This document shows positions 33,711-43,349 of a stretch of DNA of 64,000 nucleotides, piece after piece (within the stretch, counting starts at the first letter, position 1; the number at the start of each line of letters is the position of its first letter). Under the pieces are notes generated by a model. It saw nothing but the letters and a program-made list of their open reading frames with translations. It ran no database searches and had not been told where the DNA came from. The DNA is taken from IMG/VR virus record IMGVR_UViG_3300047310_000715; one strand, given 5' to 3'. The DNA is from a virus. A program made the position numbers and the translations under genes.

Positions 33711-36700
33711 GCGGCGCTCATTTCACGGTAAGCCAGGAAGACAGTCCCGGTACACAGGATATCGCACGCGTCGATCTTCGGTCCGGGACTACGATCGACT
33801 TCGTTGCGCAATCGTCGAGCGGGCAGACGAATCCGATCTGGACCTTCACGGCGTGGCCTGCGGGAGCCGCCCAGACACAACCGTCGAGTCCGAACTCGTT
33901 TCACGCTACCTATTTGGCGACAACGCCCGGGACCTATCGAGCGCAGTTGACGGTCGGAGATGGGCTTGGGGCAAACCTCAAAAGTTTCATCTTCGCGGTA
34001 ACGCGCGATCCGAACGGTCTATTGTGGGATGATGGTGGGCGCGAGCCGGCATTTCGAGAAGTTTTGGGTGAGGACAATTCCTCCTCAAACGCTCGTGGGT
34101 GGGCTCAAGCGACGGAAGGGGATCGCACTGCCCTCACGCCGACGTTCGCGACGATCGCGGCTCTTGTGGGGGCTCGATCCAACAGAGCCAAAACCGTCGA
34201 GGTCGCGAACTTCGCAGCAGCGGGCGATAACGGGGGTGGGACGTTCCGATGGAACGCGACCTCGACCGCACTTCACGACGGCGGAGTCGTAATCCAACCA
34301 GGGTTCGGAACCGCAGCGGCTCTTACGACGGGGCGCTGGGAGCGGCAGTATTCGGGAGCTATCAGCACCGCTTGGTTCGGGGCAGGTCGTGGAATCGACG
34401 CTGCCGATACAGCGGGAATTCAAGCTGCGATCAATCTCGCCGCGACTCTGACGAGTACGAAAAGTCTCGAGATCCGGATTCCGTTTCCTGTCGCGGGTTC
34501 GGGGTTTTACGGCATCAACCAGACGCTTACGATTCAGGGTCATCCGAATCAAACAATTCGACTCATAGGTGAGACCGCGTCGGGTGCGGGTAACATGGGC
34601 GTGCGGCTCCGTTGGACAGGCGCGACCGATGGCACGTTATTGGATTGTCCGGGAGTGAATGGTCTACGGATTCAAAACCTATGGTTAGACGGTGCGGGCG
34701 TTGCTAAGCGCGTCCTTTGGATCCGTCCCGACCAAGTGAACGCGATCGGCGCATCAGGTGTCGACATTCACGACTGCCAGATCACAAGCCCCAGGAACGT
34801 GGCAGGCGGCGCCGCCGTAGCCCTCGGTCCCAACACCGGAGGTATCACCCAAACAGACAACATCCGTTTTTACGGATGCACGATCCAGACGACCTACTTG
34901 GTCGGGCAACTTGCCGACGGCATCGTGAACCTAGCCGGGAACAATACGAAAAACGTTGCGCTGTTTGGAAGCGCACTCAACTACTTTCGCTATGGGCTTA
35001 ACATGGCGTTGTCGTCGGGCCCGACATCCATGTTCGGTGGCGTAATCAACGGATGCGTGGGGGCGGCGGTTCTGGCGGGCGGTAACGCGCGCCTTGCCCT
35101 GTACGATGTCGAAGCCGAGGGCAACAACGCAATCGTGAATAGTGGAGGCGGAGTCGGGTCGGGCGCTGGCTCGATTCTGATGAAGAATTGCGAGTGGTAC
35201 ATGTCACCCGTCAACGCCAGCGCGTATACGGGCGACTGGGACGTCGCGATCGACTTTCTCGGTGGTGCCGTCGATATCGAAGGTGGTTTGATCTGGAACC
35301 AACGTAACTTTGCCATTACGGCTGCGACGAACACAGCCCCTATCGTATGCACGGCGGCGGCGCACCTTCTCAAAACAGGCGATCGGATCGAAGTCTTCGG
35401 AGCGCTAGGCAACACCAGCGCCAACGGTTTCTGGACCGTGACGGTGTCCGATGCCAACACCTTCACACTCGTTGGGTCTGTCGGCAACGGTACTTATTCC
35501 GGGTCTGGTTTCGTGTACGTCGAAGCCAAAACCCAGATCGGTTCGCAGGAGCTCCCGACCAATTCGGCATTCCGCGCGACCGGGTGCCAGTTCTGGATCT
35601 CGCAGGACCACCCGTCGGTGTACGACACGCAAGGGAACGATCTGTTTGGGTCTGTTTACGCACAAGCCCACGACGTCCGGGTCGCGTTGAAGTCTTGTAT
35701 CGGCGCCAGTATCGCGTCTTCTGGTAACTCGACCGCGATGCCCGATATCGATATGCGGGCGCAGCGGCTTGGTCGATACGGCGCGGGATCGTTGATCACC
35801 GACACAACAGGTCAACTGGTCGTCAGTGGTCCCGTGGACGTTCTGAGTTTCGGAGCTATCTCCGATGTCGCGGGGGCCGCTGACGGTGTGTTGTCGGGCG
35901 GAAGCGTCAACAACCTCCAGTCGACCGCGACGACCTTCACGGCGGCCGACGTCGGCAAGATCGTCCTGATTCACACGCCGAAAACTGTCGGGACCGGAAC
36001 CGTCACGACTAGTACTTCGTTCGTCGCGAATGAAGGCTATTTGCTCACAGGGTCCGGTACTCTGTTCACGACGGAGTTTTTTACGGGCCAGCGGATCAAG
36101 ATTGCGTCTGCCGAATACAACGTCGTCTCGGTCGCGAGCAACACCAGCGCATACATCTACCCGGCGCCGCCGAGTCTTTCGGGGCAGACGTTCTACCGGA
36201 GTGTTCAACACGCGGCGACGATCTCTGCGCTCGTCAACTCGCACAACGTCACGATCTCCCCAGGTGCAACTGTCGCCGGGAGCTCCCTGCGATTCTGCTA
36301 CGGCACCGACAATCTCGCGTCGTTCAACGACGCGATCGCCTTCGCACAGGCTCGAGGTAAAGAGGTTCTGATACCGGGTAGTGCGCGCGCGTACGCGCTG
36401 TCGGGTCCGCTTGATCAGATTACGATTCCCGGGCTTAAGATCAGCGGACATGGCGCCGCTACACTCGCCCAGTCGGTATTTGGTTCAGACGACTGGCTAA
36501 GAACCGATCTGCAATACGGCTCGACCGTACGCGTGTTTTCGGGTGGTTTCTTAGAAGTGGACGGCCAACCGTACGTGGGACCGACGCTCGCGCACTTCGC
36601 CGTTGTTGGACCGGGTTATGGTACGGGTACCGGACTTGGACGGAATACAGGACTCGCTCACGATTGGGTCAATTGCAAGTTGACCGATGTCATATTCGCG

Positions 36701-37996
36701 AACTTCAAAATTGGTATCGACTTCGACACAACGTTCGCCTGTACGCAAGACGATCTTGCGGTCGTAGGGTGCGGGCGAGGGCTTCACTACATCGGCTCGA
36801 ATACACACAAGTCGATCGGCCTATCGGCCCAAGCATGTGGGGTCGGTCTCGATCTGGAGGGACTAGGTGAGTCGTCTTTTACTGGTGCGCTGTTTCAGGC
36901 GAACATCGGGCAGGCCAGCACGTTCTTTCGACCGGCCGATAACAACAACGCCTGTAACCAGCTCAAGTTTCAAACGTGCCATTGGGAGAACAACGCGGAC
37001 AGCCTGCACCTAGGCAACTTTATCCGCATGCATGCGGCGAACAATACGACCATCGCGGCGATCGAGTTCGACATGTGTCACTCGGGGGACCTCTATACGT
37101 TCGAACCTACGCAGGCCGGTACTGGCACGATCGTACACATCACGACGATCGGGTCGCAGTTCGCCGGTACCGTTAAACCGCGTTGGTCTGTCTGGACGAA
37201 CGGTGGGTCGTGGTCTCTCGTCGATCTGTCGAACATGACGGACACAACGATGCAGCTTCTCTCCAAGGGGGGAAGCGCAACCCCCGACGGGACGTTCGGA
37301 AACTACTACCTGTGCCCGATCAACACCGGGCCGACGCCTGATGAGATCTCGCCCGATCTACTGAATGGGTTCGAGCAACACGTCATCTATTCCAGCAGCC
37401 TCAAGGTCAACCAGCCGAAGTTCAACGGTGTGAATCCTCCACTTTGGTGGACGCTCACACTTTACTTCCGCCCTCAAGCCGGGGGAACCGAAATTACCTG
37501 GAATGGGAACTTCATCACGAACCCCTGGACCGATGCCGGTTCGGTATCGGGCAAATCGTCGTTCATCACCTGGATCCATATCGGGTCGGGTGTGTGGGTC
37601 GTTAAGGAGTATCAGCAGTTTGACGGTTCCCAAGTTCCGCCGGAACTTCAGGTACAGATCATCTCGGGCGATACATCCGCCGGCTATGGAACCACACACG
37701 ACATTCGCCTGACGGCATCGATCACCGAGCTCGCGCTTTCACCTGATGGCGAGGGGCACATCGTTACCTTCTACAACGACGTTCCGGTTAAACCGGGGGC
37801 GATCGTCAAGATCTTCAACTTCTCCGGACTCTTCGACCTGACGATCAAAAACGCGGGGGCCGTTACGCTCTGTCACGTTCCGGGGGCTCCTACGTTTGGA
37901 CCCGGGTACGCCGAGATCGTCTATACGATCAACGCAACCCTCGGAGGCGGTGCCGCCAACTGGGTCCTGATGAATCCGGGAAACTGCTCGACCTGA
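33707..37996 (+). CDS. Large fibre/spike protein with two pectate-lyase-like beta-helix regions (putative depolymerase)
   Basis: GDNGGGTFRW..DGGVVI..GRWER..AWFGA..DTAGIQAAI; FCCH-like ITAATNTAPIVCT..HLLKTGD; second VDVLSFGA..DNLASFNDAI. Confidence 0.85.
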   Translation: MSGAHFTVSQEDSPGTQDIARVDLRSGTTIDFVAQSSSGQTNPIWTFTAWPAGAAQTQPSSPNSFHATYLATTPGTYRAQLTVGDGLGANLKSFIFAVTRDPNGLLWDDGGREPAFREVLGEDNSSSNARGWAQATEGDRTALTPTFATIAALVGARSNRAKTVEVANFAAAGDNGGGTFRWNATSTALHDGGVVIQPGFGTAAALTTGRWERQYSGAISTAWFGAGRGIDAADTAGIQAAINLAATLTSTKSLEIRIPFPVAGSGFYGINQTLTIQGHPNQTIRLIGETASGAGNMGVRLRWTGATDGTLLDCPGVNGLRIQNLWLDGAGVAKRVLWIRPDQVNAIGASGVDIHDCQITSPRNVAGGAAVALGPNTGGITQTDNIRFYGCTIQTTYLVGQLADGIVNLAGNNTKNVALFGSALNYFRYGLNMALSSGPTSMFGGVINGCVGAAVLAGGNARLALYDVEAEGNNAIVNSGGGVGSGAGSILMKNCEWYMSPVNASAYTGDWDVAIDFLGGAVDIEGGLIWNQRNFAITAATNTAPIVCTAAAHLLKTGDRIEVFGALGNTSANGFWTVTVSDANTFTLVGSVGNGTYSGSGFVYVEAKTQIGSQELPTNSAFRATGCQFWISQDHPSVYDTQGNDLFGSVYAQAHDVRVALKSCIGASIASSGNSTAMPDIDMRAQRLGRYGAGSLITDTTGQLVVSGPVDVLSFGAISDVAGAADGVLSGGSVNNLQSTATTFTAADVGKIVLIHTPKTVGTGTVTTSTSFVANEGYLLTGSGTLFTTEFFTGQRIKIASAEYNVVSVASNTSAYIYPAPPSLSGQTFYRSVQHAATISALVNSHNVTISPGATVAGSSLRFCYGTDNLASFNDAIAFAQARGKEVLIPGSARAYALSGPLDQITIPGLKISGHGAATLAQSVFGSDDWLRTDLQYGSTVRVFSGGFLEVDGQPYVGPTLAHFAVVGPGYGTGTGLGRNTGLAHDWVNCKLTDVIFANFKIGIDFDTTFACTQDDLAVVGCGRGLHYIGSNTHKSIGLSAQACGVGLDLEGLGESSFTGALFQANIGQASTFFRPADNNNACNQLKFQTCHWENNADSLHLGNFIRMHAANNTTIAAIEFDMCHSGDLYTFEPTQAGTGTIVHITTIGSQFAGTVKPRWSVWTNGGSWSLVDLSNMTDTTMQLLSKGGSATPDGTFGNYYLCPINTGPTPDEISPDLLNGFEQHVIYSSSLKVNQPKFNGVNPPLWWTLTLYFRPQAGGTEITWNGNFITNPWTDAGSVSGKSSFITWIHIGSGVWVVKEYQQFDGSQVPPELQVQIISGDTSAGYGTTHDIRLTASITELALSPDGEGHIVTFYNDVPVKPGAIVKIFNFSGLFDLTIKNAGAVTLCHVPGAPTFGPGYAEIVYTINATLGGGAANWVLMNPGNCST

Positions 37997-38054
37997 TTCG
38001 TTGCGGCGTCTGCCGGGCTCTGACATCATTGGGTACTCCCGAGGAGAACCCAAG

Positions 38055-38816
38055 ATGGCGACCTACTTTTTGATCAACACCGTCACGTTCGCGGGCGGCA
38101 AACTGCTTCCTGGTGTCACGCTCGATAGCGTCGTCGACGCGTTCTCCTACAGTCAGGCCACCGGGGCTGGCGCCTTGCTGGTGCCGACAACGGACCCGAC
38201 GGTCGCGGCAGCAGCCGCCAAAGCGGTTGCGGCGCACGCAAAAGGGGCGAACGAAGTCGAACTCGAAGAGATCATGATGGTCGGGCTCAACGCCAGCCTC
38301 GCGTCGACCGCGACTGGTTCGGGCGCCTCAGCCGTCGGAATCGAAGATGCCGGTTCGCTCTTCACGGCGCAGAACGTTGAGACCGCACTCGCGGAAGTGA
38401 AAGCATCGGCAGACGCCGCGATTGCGCTCCAGAAGCGCACCGTGACGGTGACGGACGCGACCCTGACGGACGCGGTCGCGGGCGAAGCCCAAGTAGTCGC
38501 GATCGGCGCTGCCCTGCCGGCGAACGCGATCGTGCTCGCGCACGAAGTACTCGTCACGACCCTGTTCTCGGGCGGCTCGGTCTCGGCCGTGAAGCTCGAC
38601 ATCGGCGGCACCGTCGCGGCCGCGATCGTGAGCCAGATGGACGTCTTCACGGGCGCCGCGACCGGTTCCCTATCGCCCCGCACCGGTGCTCACGCGCAAG
38701 GGAAGTTCTCGGCCCAGCAACTCAACGCGACCTTCACGCCCGATGGAGGCCACACGCTCGCGGCTCTCACGGCCGGTAGCGTCACGATCACGGTTTGGTT
38801 CTCGGTCCTCGCCTGA
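38055..38816 (+). CDS. Structural (decoration/fibre) protein
   Basis: GAGGAG RBS; GASAVGIEDAGSLFTAQNVETALAEV fibre motif; jelly-roll-like C-terminus LPANAIVL..F.GG. Confidence 0.65.
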   Translation: MATYFLINTVTFAGGKLLPGVTLDSVVDAFSYSQATGAGALLVPTTDPTVAAAAAKAVAAHAKGANEVELEEIMMVGLNASLASTATGSGASAVGIEDAGSLFTAQNVETALAEVKASADAAIALQKRTVTVTDATLTDAVAGEAQVVAIGAALPANAIVLAHEVLVTTLFSGGSVSAVKLDIGGTVAAAIVSQMDVFTGAATGSLSPRTGAHAQGKFSAQQLNATFTPDGGHTLAALTAGSVTITVWFSVLA

Positions 38817-38857
38817 GCCGTTTGAGTCCCCGGTCCCCGGGGGCTAGAAGGGAACAG

Positions 38858-39136
38858 ATGAGGTTCAGGACGCTCGTCGGCGACGTCGCGGGACTCGCCC
38901 TGTACGGGGCCGGTCTCGCGCTCCTCGAGGTTGGGTGCCGGTTGTCGCCGGCGCTCGACCGGGCCGGTACCGCGCCGCGCGGCGCGGTCGAGGAGCCGGA
39001 CGAGATCCTCGGCGTATCGCTCTCGGCAGAAGCCGAGCGAATGATCGAAGAAGGACGAGCCGAACGCGCGCGTCCGATGCCGGCCGCTGCCGCGCCGCTC
39101 GCGGGCTCCGCGGCCGCCCGCGCGAGGGCCCGGTGA
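38858..39136 (+). CDS. Small protein with N-terminal hydrophobic segment
   Basis: AAGGGA RBS; TGATG coupling to portal. Confidence 0.55.
   Translation: MRFRTLVGDVAGLALYGAGLALLEVGCRLSPALDRAGTAPRGAVEEPDEILGVSLSAEAERMIEEGRAERARPMPAAAAPLAGSAAARARAR
38969..38988. repeat. 20-bp palindrome copy 8 (in ORF)
   Basis: Exact match. Confidence 0.95.
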
Positions 39137-40962
39137 TGGCGGACGACGACTTTAAAGCATCCGCGATCATCAAGAGCGAGCGGTACTTCGAGCTCACCAG
39201 GATGCTCCAGTACTTCGACTGCACCCAACACGATTACAAGCAGTACGACTTCGACGGCCGAATTCAGCGCCGCGGCTCGGAGGCCATGCAGCCGCTCATC
39301 ACGGCCGAGGTCGCGAGCTTCTACATCCCGCTTCGTCAGCGTCGGCCGTCGGCGCCGATCCGGATCGGCAAAACGATCGTCGAAGCCTTCACCAACATGC
39401 TGTTCGGGGAAGACCGCTGGCCCCGACTTCTCTGCTCGGGCGACCCCGACACGCAAGATTACGCGGAAGCGCTCGCGAAAGAAGAGGGCCTGAGGGTCGC
39501 GATGGTGCAGGCCCGAAACCTCGGGGGCGCCACCGGGTCCGTCGGAATCTCGTGGGCGTTCGACCGCGGTAAGCCGCGGGTCGAGGTCCACAACGTCCGG
39601 AACCTTTACGTGCACGAGTGGGAAGACCGGAAGAAGCAGATCGTCGCGCACGTCTCGGAGTTCACCATCACGCACGAAGACGAGTACGACGCTCTGAAGA
39701 AGCGTATCGTTCGGAACTACTACTGGCAGCGTCAGGACTGGACCCCGGACGCGACGGTGTCGTTCTTGCCGGCGCCTTTCAAACCGGGCGTCGAGCCGAT
39801 GTGGATCGAGGATCCCCAAGGTAAAGTCCAACACGGGTTCGGGTTCTGCCCGTTTGTTTGGATTCAAAATCAGCCGTCGAGCGACCCCGAGGGGGTTCCG
39901 GACTACCACGGGCAGTACGACGCGATGGACTCGCTCGACCTCCTGAACTCCGTCATCTCGCGCGGCACGATCCTCAACCTCGACCCAACCGTGGTCCTGA
40001 AGATGAACGCGATCGTCGCGGGCCGGACCGGGATCAAGAAGGGGTCGGACAACGCCCTGACGGTCGGCGAGAACGGCGATGCCCACTACCTCGAGATTGC
40101 TGGCTCGGGCGTCACGGCCGGACTCGCCGCGAAGGCGGACGCGCGCGCGTCGATCCTCGAGGCCTGCCAGTGCGTGATCCCGGACCCCGATCAGGTCGCG
40201 GCGGCCGGTACGAGCTCGGTCGCGATCAAAGCGATCTACGCTCCGATGCTCGGGAAGGCAGCCGTTCACCGAGAGCTCTATGGGGCCGGGATCAAGCTGC
40301 TCATCGAGCAGCAGCTCCGGGTCGCGCGCGAGCGTAACGGCCGACCCGTCACGATTCAGGTTCCGGCCGACCCGAAGTCGGAATCAGAAAGCGAATCTTC
40401 TGAGGCTGAATCCAATTCGGTCGAAGCAGTCGAATCGATCGATCTGCCGCCCAAGATGGTGCCGGTTCCGAAGCCTCCCCCGGACCCCCCGAAGATCGGA
40501 CCAGACGGGATCCCGGAACCGAAGTCAGAAGAACCCGAACCCGATATCCCGATGTTCGAAGAAGTCGAACGGGTTCCGGGCAAAGGCGAGCGGATCGACC
40601 TCGGGTGGGGCGAATGGTTCCCGCTGACGGCCCAGGACAAGAACCAGGCCGTACAGGCAGTCCAGCTCGCGTCGGGCGGCAAAGCGGTTCTGTCGCAGCA
40701 AACGGCGGTCGAGGAAGCCGCGACGATCTTCAACCGCGACCCCGCCGAGGAGTGGGGGAAGGTTCAGAAGTCGAACCAAGAAGACCAGGTCCGGCAGGCC
40801 ACGATGTTCCCGCCCGCGGGTGGCCCGGTTGGGAAAGACGACGCTCCCGGGGAAGATGACGACGAGGACGACGAGAGCGAACCCGAGCCGAAACCCGGGA
40901 TGCCCAAAAGGCCGCCGAATCCGTTCGCACCGAAAGCTCCGAAGCCACCCGGTTTGAAGTAG
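39136..40962 (+). CDS. Portal protein (SPP1 gp6-like)
   Basis: Size and position before head morphogenesis gene; HGFGFCPFVWIQN..G..D..DSLD; SSVAIKAIYAPML. Confidence 0.85.
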   Translation: MADDDFKASAIIKSERYFELTRMLQYFDCTQHDYKQYDFDGRIQRRGSEAMQPLITAEVASFYIPLRQRRPSAPIRIGKTIVEAFTNMLFGEDRWPRLLCSGDPDTQDYAEALAKEEGLRVAMVQARNLGGATGSVGISWAFDRGKPRVEVHNVRNLYVHEWEDRKKQIVAHVSEFTITHEDEYDALKKRIVRNYYWQRQDWTPDATVSFLPAPFKPGVEPMWIEDPQGKVQHGFGFCPFVWIQNQPSSDPEGVPDYHGQYDAMDSLDLLNSVISRGTILNLDPTVVLKMNAIVAGRTGIKKGSDNALTVGENGDAHYLEIAGSGVTAGLAAKADARASILEACQCVIPDPDQVAAAGTSSVAIKAIYAPMLGKAAVHRELYGAGIKLLIEQQLRVARERNGRPVTIQVPADPKSESESESSEAESNSVEAVESIDLPPKMVPVPKPPPDPPKIGPDGIPEPKSEEPEPDIPMFEEVERVPGKGERIDLGWGEWFPLTAQDKNQAVQAVQLASGGKAVLSQQTAVEEAATIFNRDPAEEWGKVQKSNQEDQVRQATMFPPAGGPVGKDDAPGEDDDEDDESEPEPKPGMPKRPPNPFAPKAPKPPGLK

Positions 40963-40987
40963 AGGCGCCGCGTGTTCACGATCGTGA

Positions 40988-41188
40988 ATGCGTCGCCGCG
41001 TTCAACCGCCTGCTCCCGAGCAGATCGAGATCGACAGGCTCATCCGGTTAATCTCCGACCACGCGGCACGCCGGTGCCAGAGCGGGGTCCTGAAGACCTG
41101 TCTGTGCGACCTCTGCTGGGCCGCGACCCGCCGACTCGAGAGGATCCGTAATGGCCAAGCGGGACGAGGCCCTACTCGACGTCGTTAA
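40988..41188 (+). CDS. Small hypothetical protein (CLCDLC)
   Basis: Fills gap; overlaps next start. Confidence 0.4.
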   Translation: MRRRVQPPAPEQIEIDRLIRLISDHAARRCQSGVLKTCLCDLCWAATRRLERIRNGQAGRGPTRRR

Positions 41189-42170
41189 GCGCAACCGCGC
41201 CGAGGCGATCGACCTTTCGAGCCGGGTCGGGCAGAAACGACTTCAGAAGCTCCTCGACCGGGCCGCGGCCGACCTGACGAAACGGATCGCAGCGTCGACG
41301 CGTGCCGGTGGAGGGCCCGGTCAGGGGTCGTTCACACACGAGCAACTTCAGGCGACGCTCCGGCAGGTCCGGGATGTCTCGAAGGGACTCCAGAAGGGCC
41401 TGGGGCGGCTCGTGGTCGACCAAGGGCACGACGCGGTCGACCGGTCCGTCGGTAACCTCGTCGACTACCTCGGACGCGCCGAGAAGGCATTCAGGGGGGT
41501 TGGGGCGCGACCGCTCGCGCTGAAGGAAGCCGCGATCCTCGACCGTGCCTATTCCGGGACCGATTCGTCGATGCTGCGCCGGCTGATGTCGACCGGCGAT
41601 GAGACGCCTGAGCATCCGGCCAAGAAGGGGATCCTGGACCGGTACGGCGAAGAGGTGGTGGGGCAGTTCGAGGAGTCGCTTCAGGTCGGGCTCGTGGCCC
41701 GCAAGTCATGGGCGGAAGTCCGGCAGGACCTCGTCGAAAACTCGCCTTTCCTCCAGGGGGCTCCGAAACACTGGGCGGAACGGATCGTTCGCACTGAGTC
41801 GATGTACGCGTACAACGCTGCCGCGCACGAGGGGATGCAGGAGGCGGACAAGCAGCTTGGCGATATGACGAAGATCCTGTGCGCGGTGTTCGACGACCGC
41901 ACCTCGTGGGACTCCTACCAGGTTCATGGCCAGATCCGTCGAATGCAGGAACCGTTCGGTTGGTACCTCGGGCTTTACCAACACCCACCGAATCGACCGA
42001 ACGATCGCGAGACCGTCATCCCGCACCGGGTTTCGTGGCCGATCCCCGCGACGCTCGCGTGGCGTCCGGCCGAGCAGGTAAGCGCGCGCTGGCGCGCGGA
42101 GGGCCGGAAGGGCCCCGTACCGCCGCGGCCCAAGATGACGACGATCCCGCTCGAGAAGTTCGGAAAGTAG
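41151..42170 (+). CDS. Head morphogenesis protein (SPP1 gp7 / Mu gpF-like)
   Basis: AERIVRTESMYAYN, DDRTS..HGQI, HPPNRPNDR. Confidence 0.85.
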   Translation: MAKRDEALLDVVKRNRAEAIDLSSRVGQKRLQKLLDRAAADLTKRIAASTRAGGGPGQGSFTHEQLQATLRQVRDVSKGLQKGLGRLVVDQGHDAVDRSVGNLVDYLGRAEKAFRGVGARPLALKEAAILDRAYSGTDSSMLRRLMSTGDETPEHPAKKGILDRYGEEVVGQFEESLQVGLVARKSWAEVRQDLVENSPFLQGAPKHWAERIVRTESMYAYNAAAHEGMQEADKQLGDMTKILCAVFDDRTSWDSYQVHGQIRRMQEPFGWYLGLYQHPPNRPNDRETVIPHRVSWPIPATLAWRPAEQVSARWRAEGRKGPVPPRPKMTTIPLEKFGK

Positions 42171-42210
42171 CGCCCCTTGCACCGCTCCCCTGGGGGCGCG
42201 AAGCTACGGG

Positions 42211-42230
42211 ACCGCGCCGCGCGGCGCGGT
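42211..42230. repeat. 20-bp palindrome copy 9 (abuts GGAGG RBS of 42241)
   Basis: Exact match. Confidence 0.95.
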
Positions 42231-42240
42231 GGAGGCCAGG

Positions 42241-42486
42241 ATGGCGACGAAACCTTACAAGCTGAGAGACGCAACCGGACTACGGGACCACACGGGGCAG
42301 TACTCGCTCAGCGGGAAACCGGCACCCGGCAAGATGCCCGACCCACCGGCCGCCGTTGCTCCAACCAAGGTCTACCCGGGGTATCCGCCCGGCGAGGTGA
42401 AACGTGACCCCGGCCCCGACGGCGAGACCCCGCTCAAGCCTCCCGCGAAAGAAGCCCCCAAGAAGTCTTATCGGTTGCGTGGTTGA
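42241..42486 (+). CDS. Small Pro/Lys-rich head-region protein
   Basis: GGAGG RBS; KPYKL at N-terminus, KSYRL at C-terminus. Confidence 0.7.
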   Translation: MATKPYKLRDATGLRDHTGQYSLSGKPAPGKMPDPPAAVAPTKVYPGYPPGEVKRDPGPDGETPLKPPAKEAPKKSYRLRG

Positions 42487-42529
42487 ACCACTCCGCGCCC
42501 CCATCCATGATTGGCCTGCGAGGTGACAG

Positions 42530-42889
42530 ATGAACGCTGACGGCAAATATCCCGGTACCGGTAAAGAGAGCCCCTTCGGAAACGGCAAGGGAGCCTCGAC
42601 CGCGACCGGCCCGACGACCGGTGGAAACGACTTCGTCAAAAACCCGGGCGGCGTCAAGACCGGCGCCGGCAACGACTTCACCCGCAATCCGGGCGGTATG
42701 AAGACCGGCGAGGGCCGCGACTTCACGAAGGGTGAGCAGAAGAAGCAACCCCAGGGTGAGTCGTCCGACCTCAATACCGAAACGTCACCCTCCGGCGAGC
42801 TCCTGAAAAAACTCGACGCGCCGGCGTCCCCCGAGCGCGGTGCTGGCTCGATGGGGAATCCCCGCAAATCGTACAGGCTCGGGAAGTAA
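42530..42889 (+). CDS. Gly-rich head-region protein with 15-aa repeats
   Basis: GAGGTG RBS; GNDF..NPGG.KTG repeats; KSYRL C-terminus. Confidence 0.7.
   Translation: MNADGKYPGTGKESPFGNGKGASTATGPTTGGNDFVKNPGGVKTGAGNDFTRNPGGMKTGEGRDFTKGEQKKQPQGESSDLNTETSPSGELLKKLDAPASPERGAGSMGNPRKSYRLGK
42623..42732 (+). repeat. 45-bp-period imperfect tandem repeat (about 2.4 units)
   Basis: Units start at 42623, 42668, 42713. Confidence 0.8.
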
Positions 42890-42892
42890 CCC

Positions 42893-43312
42893 GTGTCGAT
42901 CGCGGTCCTGGACGGCAGTCTCTCGGTCGGACCCGACGTGGTCTCTGACTCGTCGTTCCCGTCCGGGACCCATACGGAACCGCTTTCGCTCGCCCCGCAA
43001 AAGAAGCTCGTCAACGCCTCAACCGGAACCCTCGAGCGGAACCTCGCGAGCGCCGGATCGTTCGCAACCCTCTCGGGGGTCGGCCCGACCGATACGGTTC
43101 AGCAGGGGACGCTCCTGTACGTGAGGGTCGCGGGCGGGTCGGGGTTTCAGATCCGGCTCACGCTACAGGACCCGGGGGGCGGATCCGATATCGTGTCGAT
43201 CCTTCCGATCGACGGCACGCAGATGTTCGAATTCCCCTCGAACGGCTACCTGAAGGGCCTCGAGGCCAAGGGGAACGGCAAGATCGTTTACTTGATCGCC
43301 GGACCGCAGTGA
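42893..43312 (+). CDS. Structural protein (beta-rich)
   Basis: Position in head cluster; beta-sandwich-like composition. Confidence 0.65.
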   Translation: MSIAVLDGSLSVGPDVVSDSSFPSGTHTEPLSLAPQKKLVNASTGTLERNLASAGSFATLSGVGPTDTVQQGTLLYVRVAGGSGFQIRLTLQDPGGGSDIVSILPIDGTQMFEFPSNGYLKGLEAKGNGKIVYLIAGPQ

Positions 43313-43349
43313 ATCACGTTCTGGGGGCCCACCCCGAGGAGAATGCCCA

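Noticed and set aside
38788-40269. 493-aa minus-strand ORF and similar long antisense ORFs (27260-28432, 47115-48107, 51655-52875)
   Set aside because: Shadows of strong + strand genes in high-GC DNA; Arg/Pro/Gly-rich with no motifs.
42481-42504. Exact sigma32 promoter TTGAA..CCCCAT
   Set aside because: The spacer is only about 10-11 bp against the 13-14 bp of characterised sigma32 promoters.
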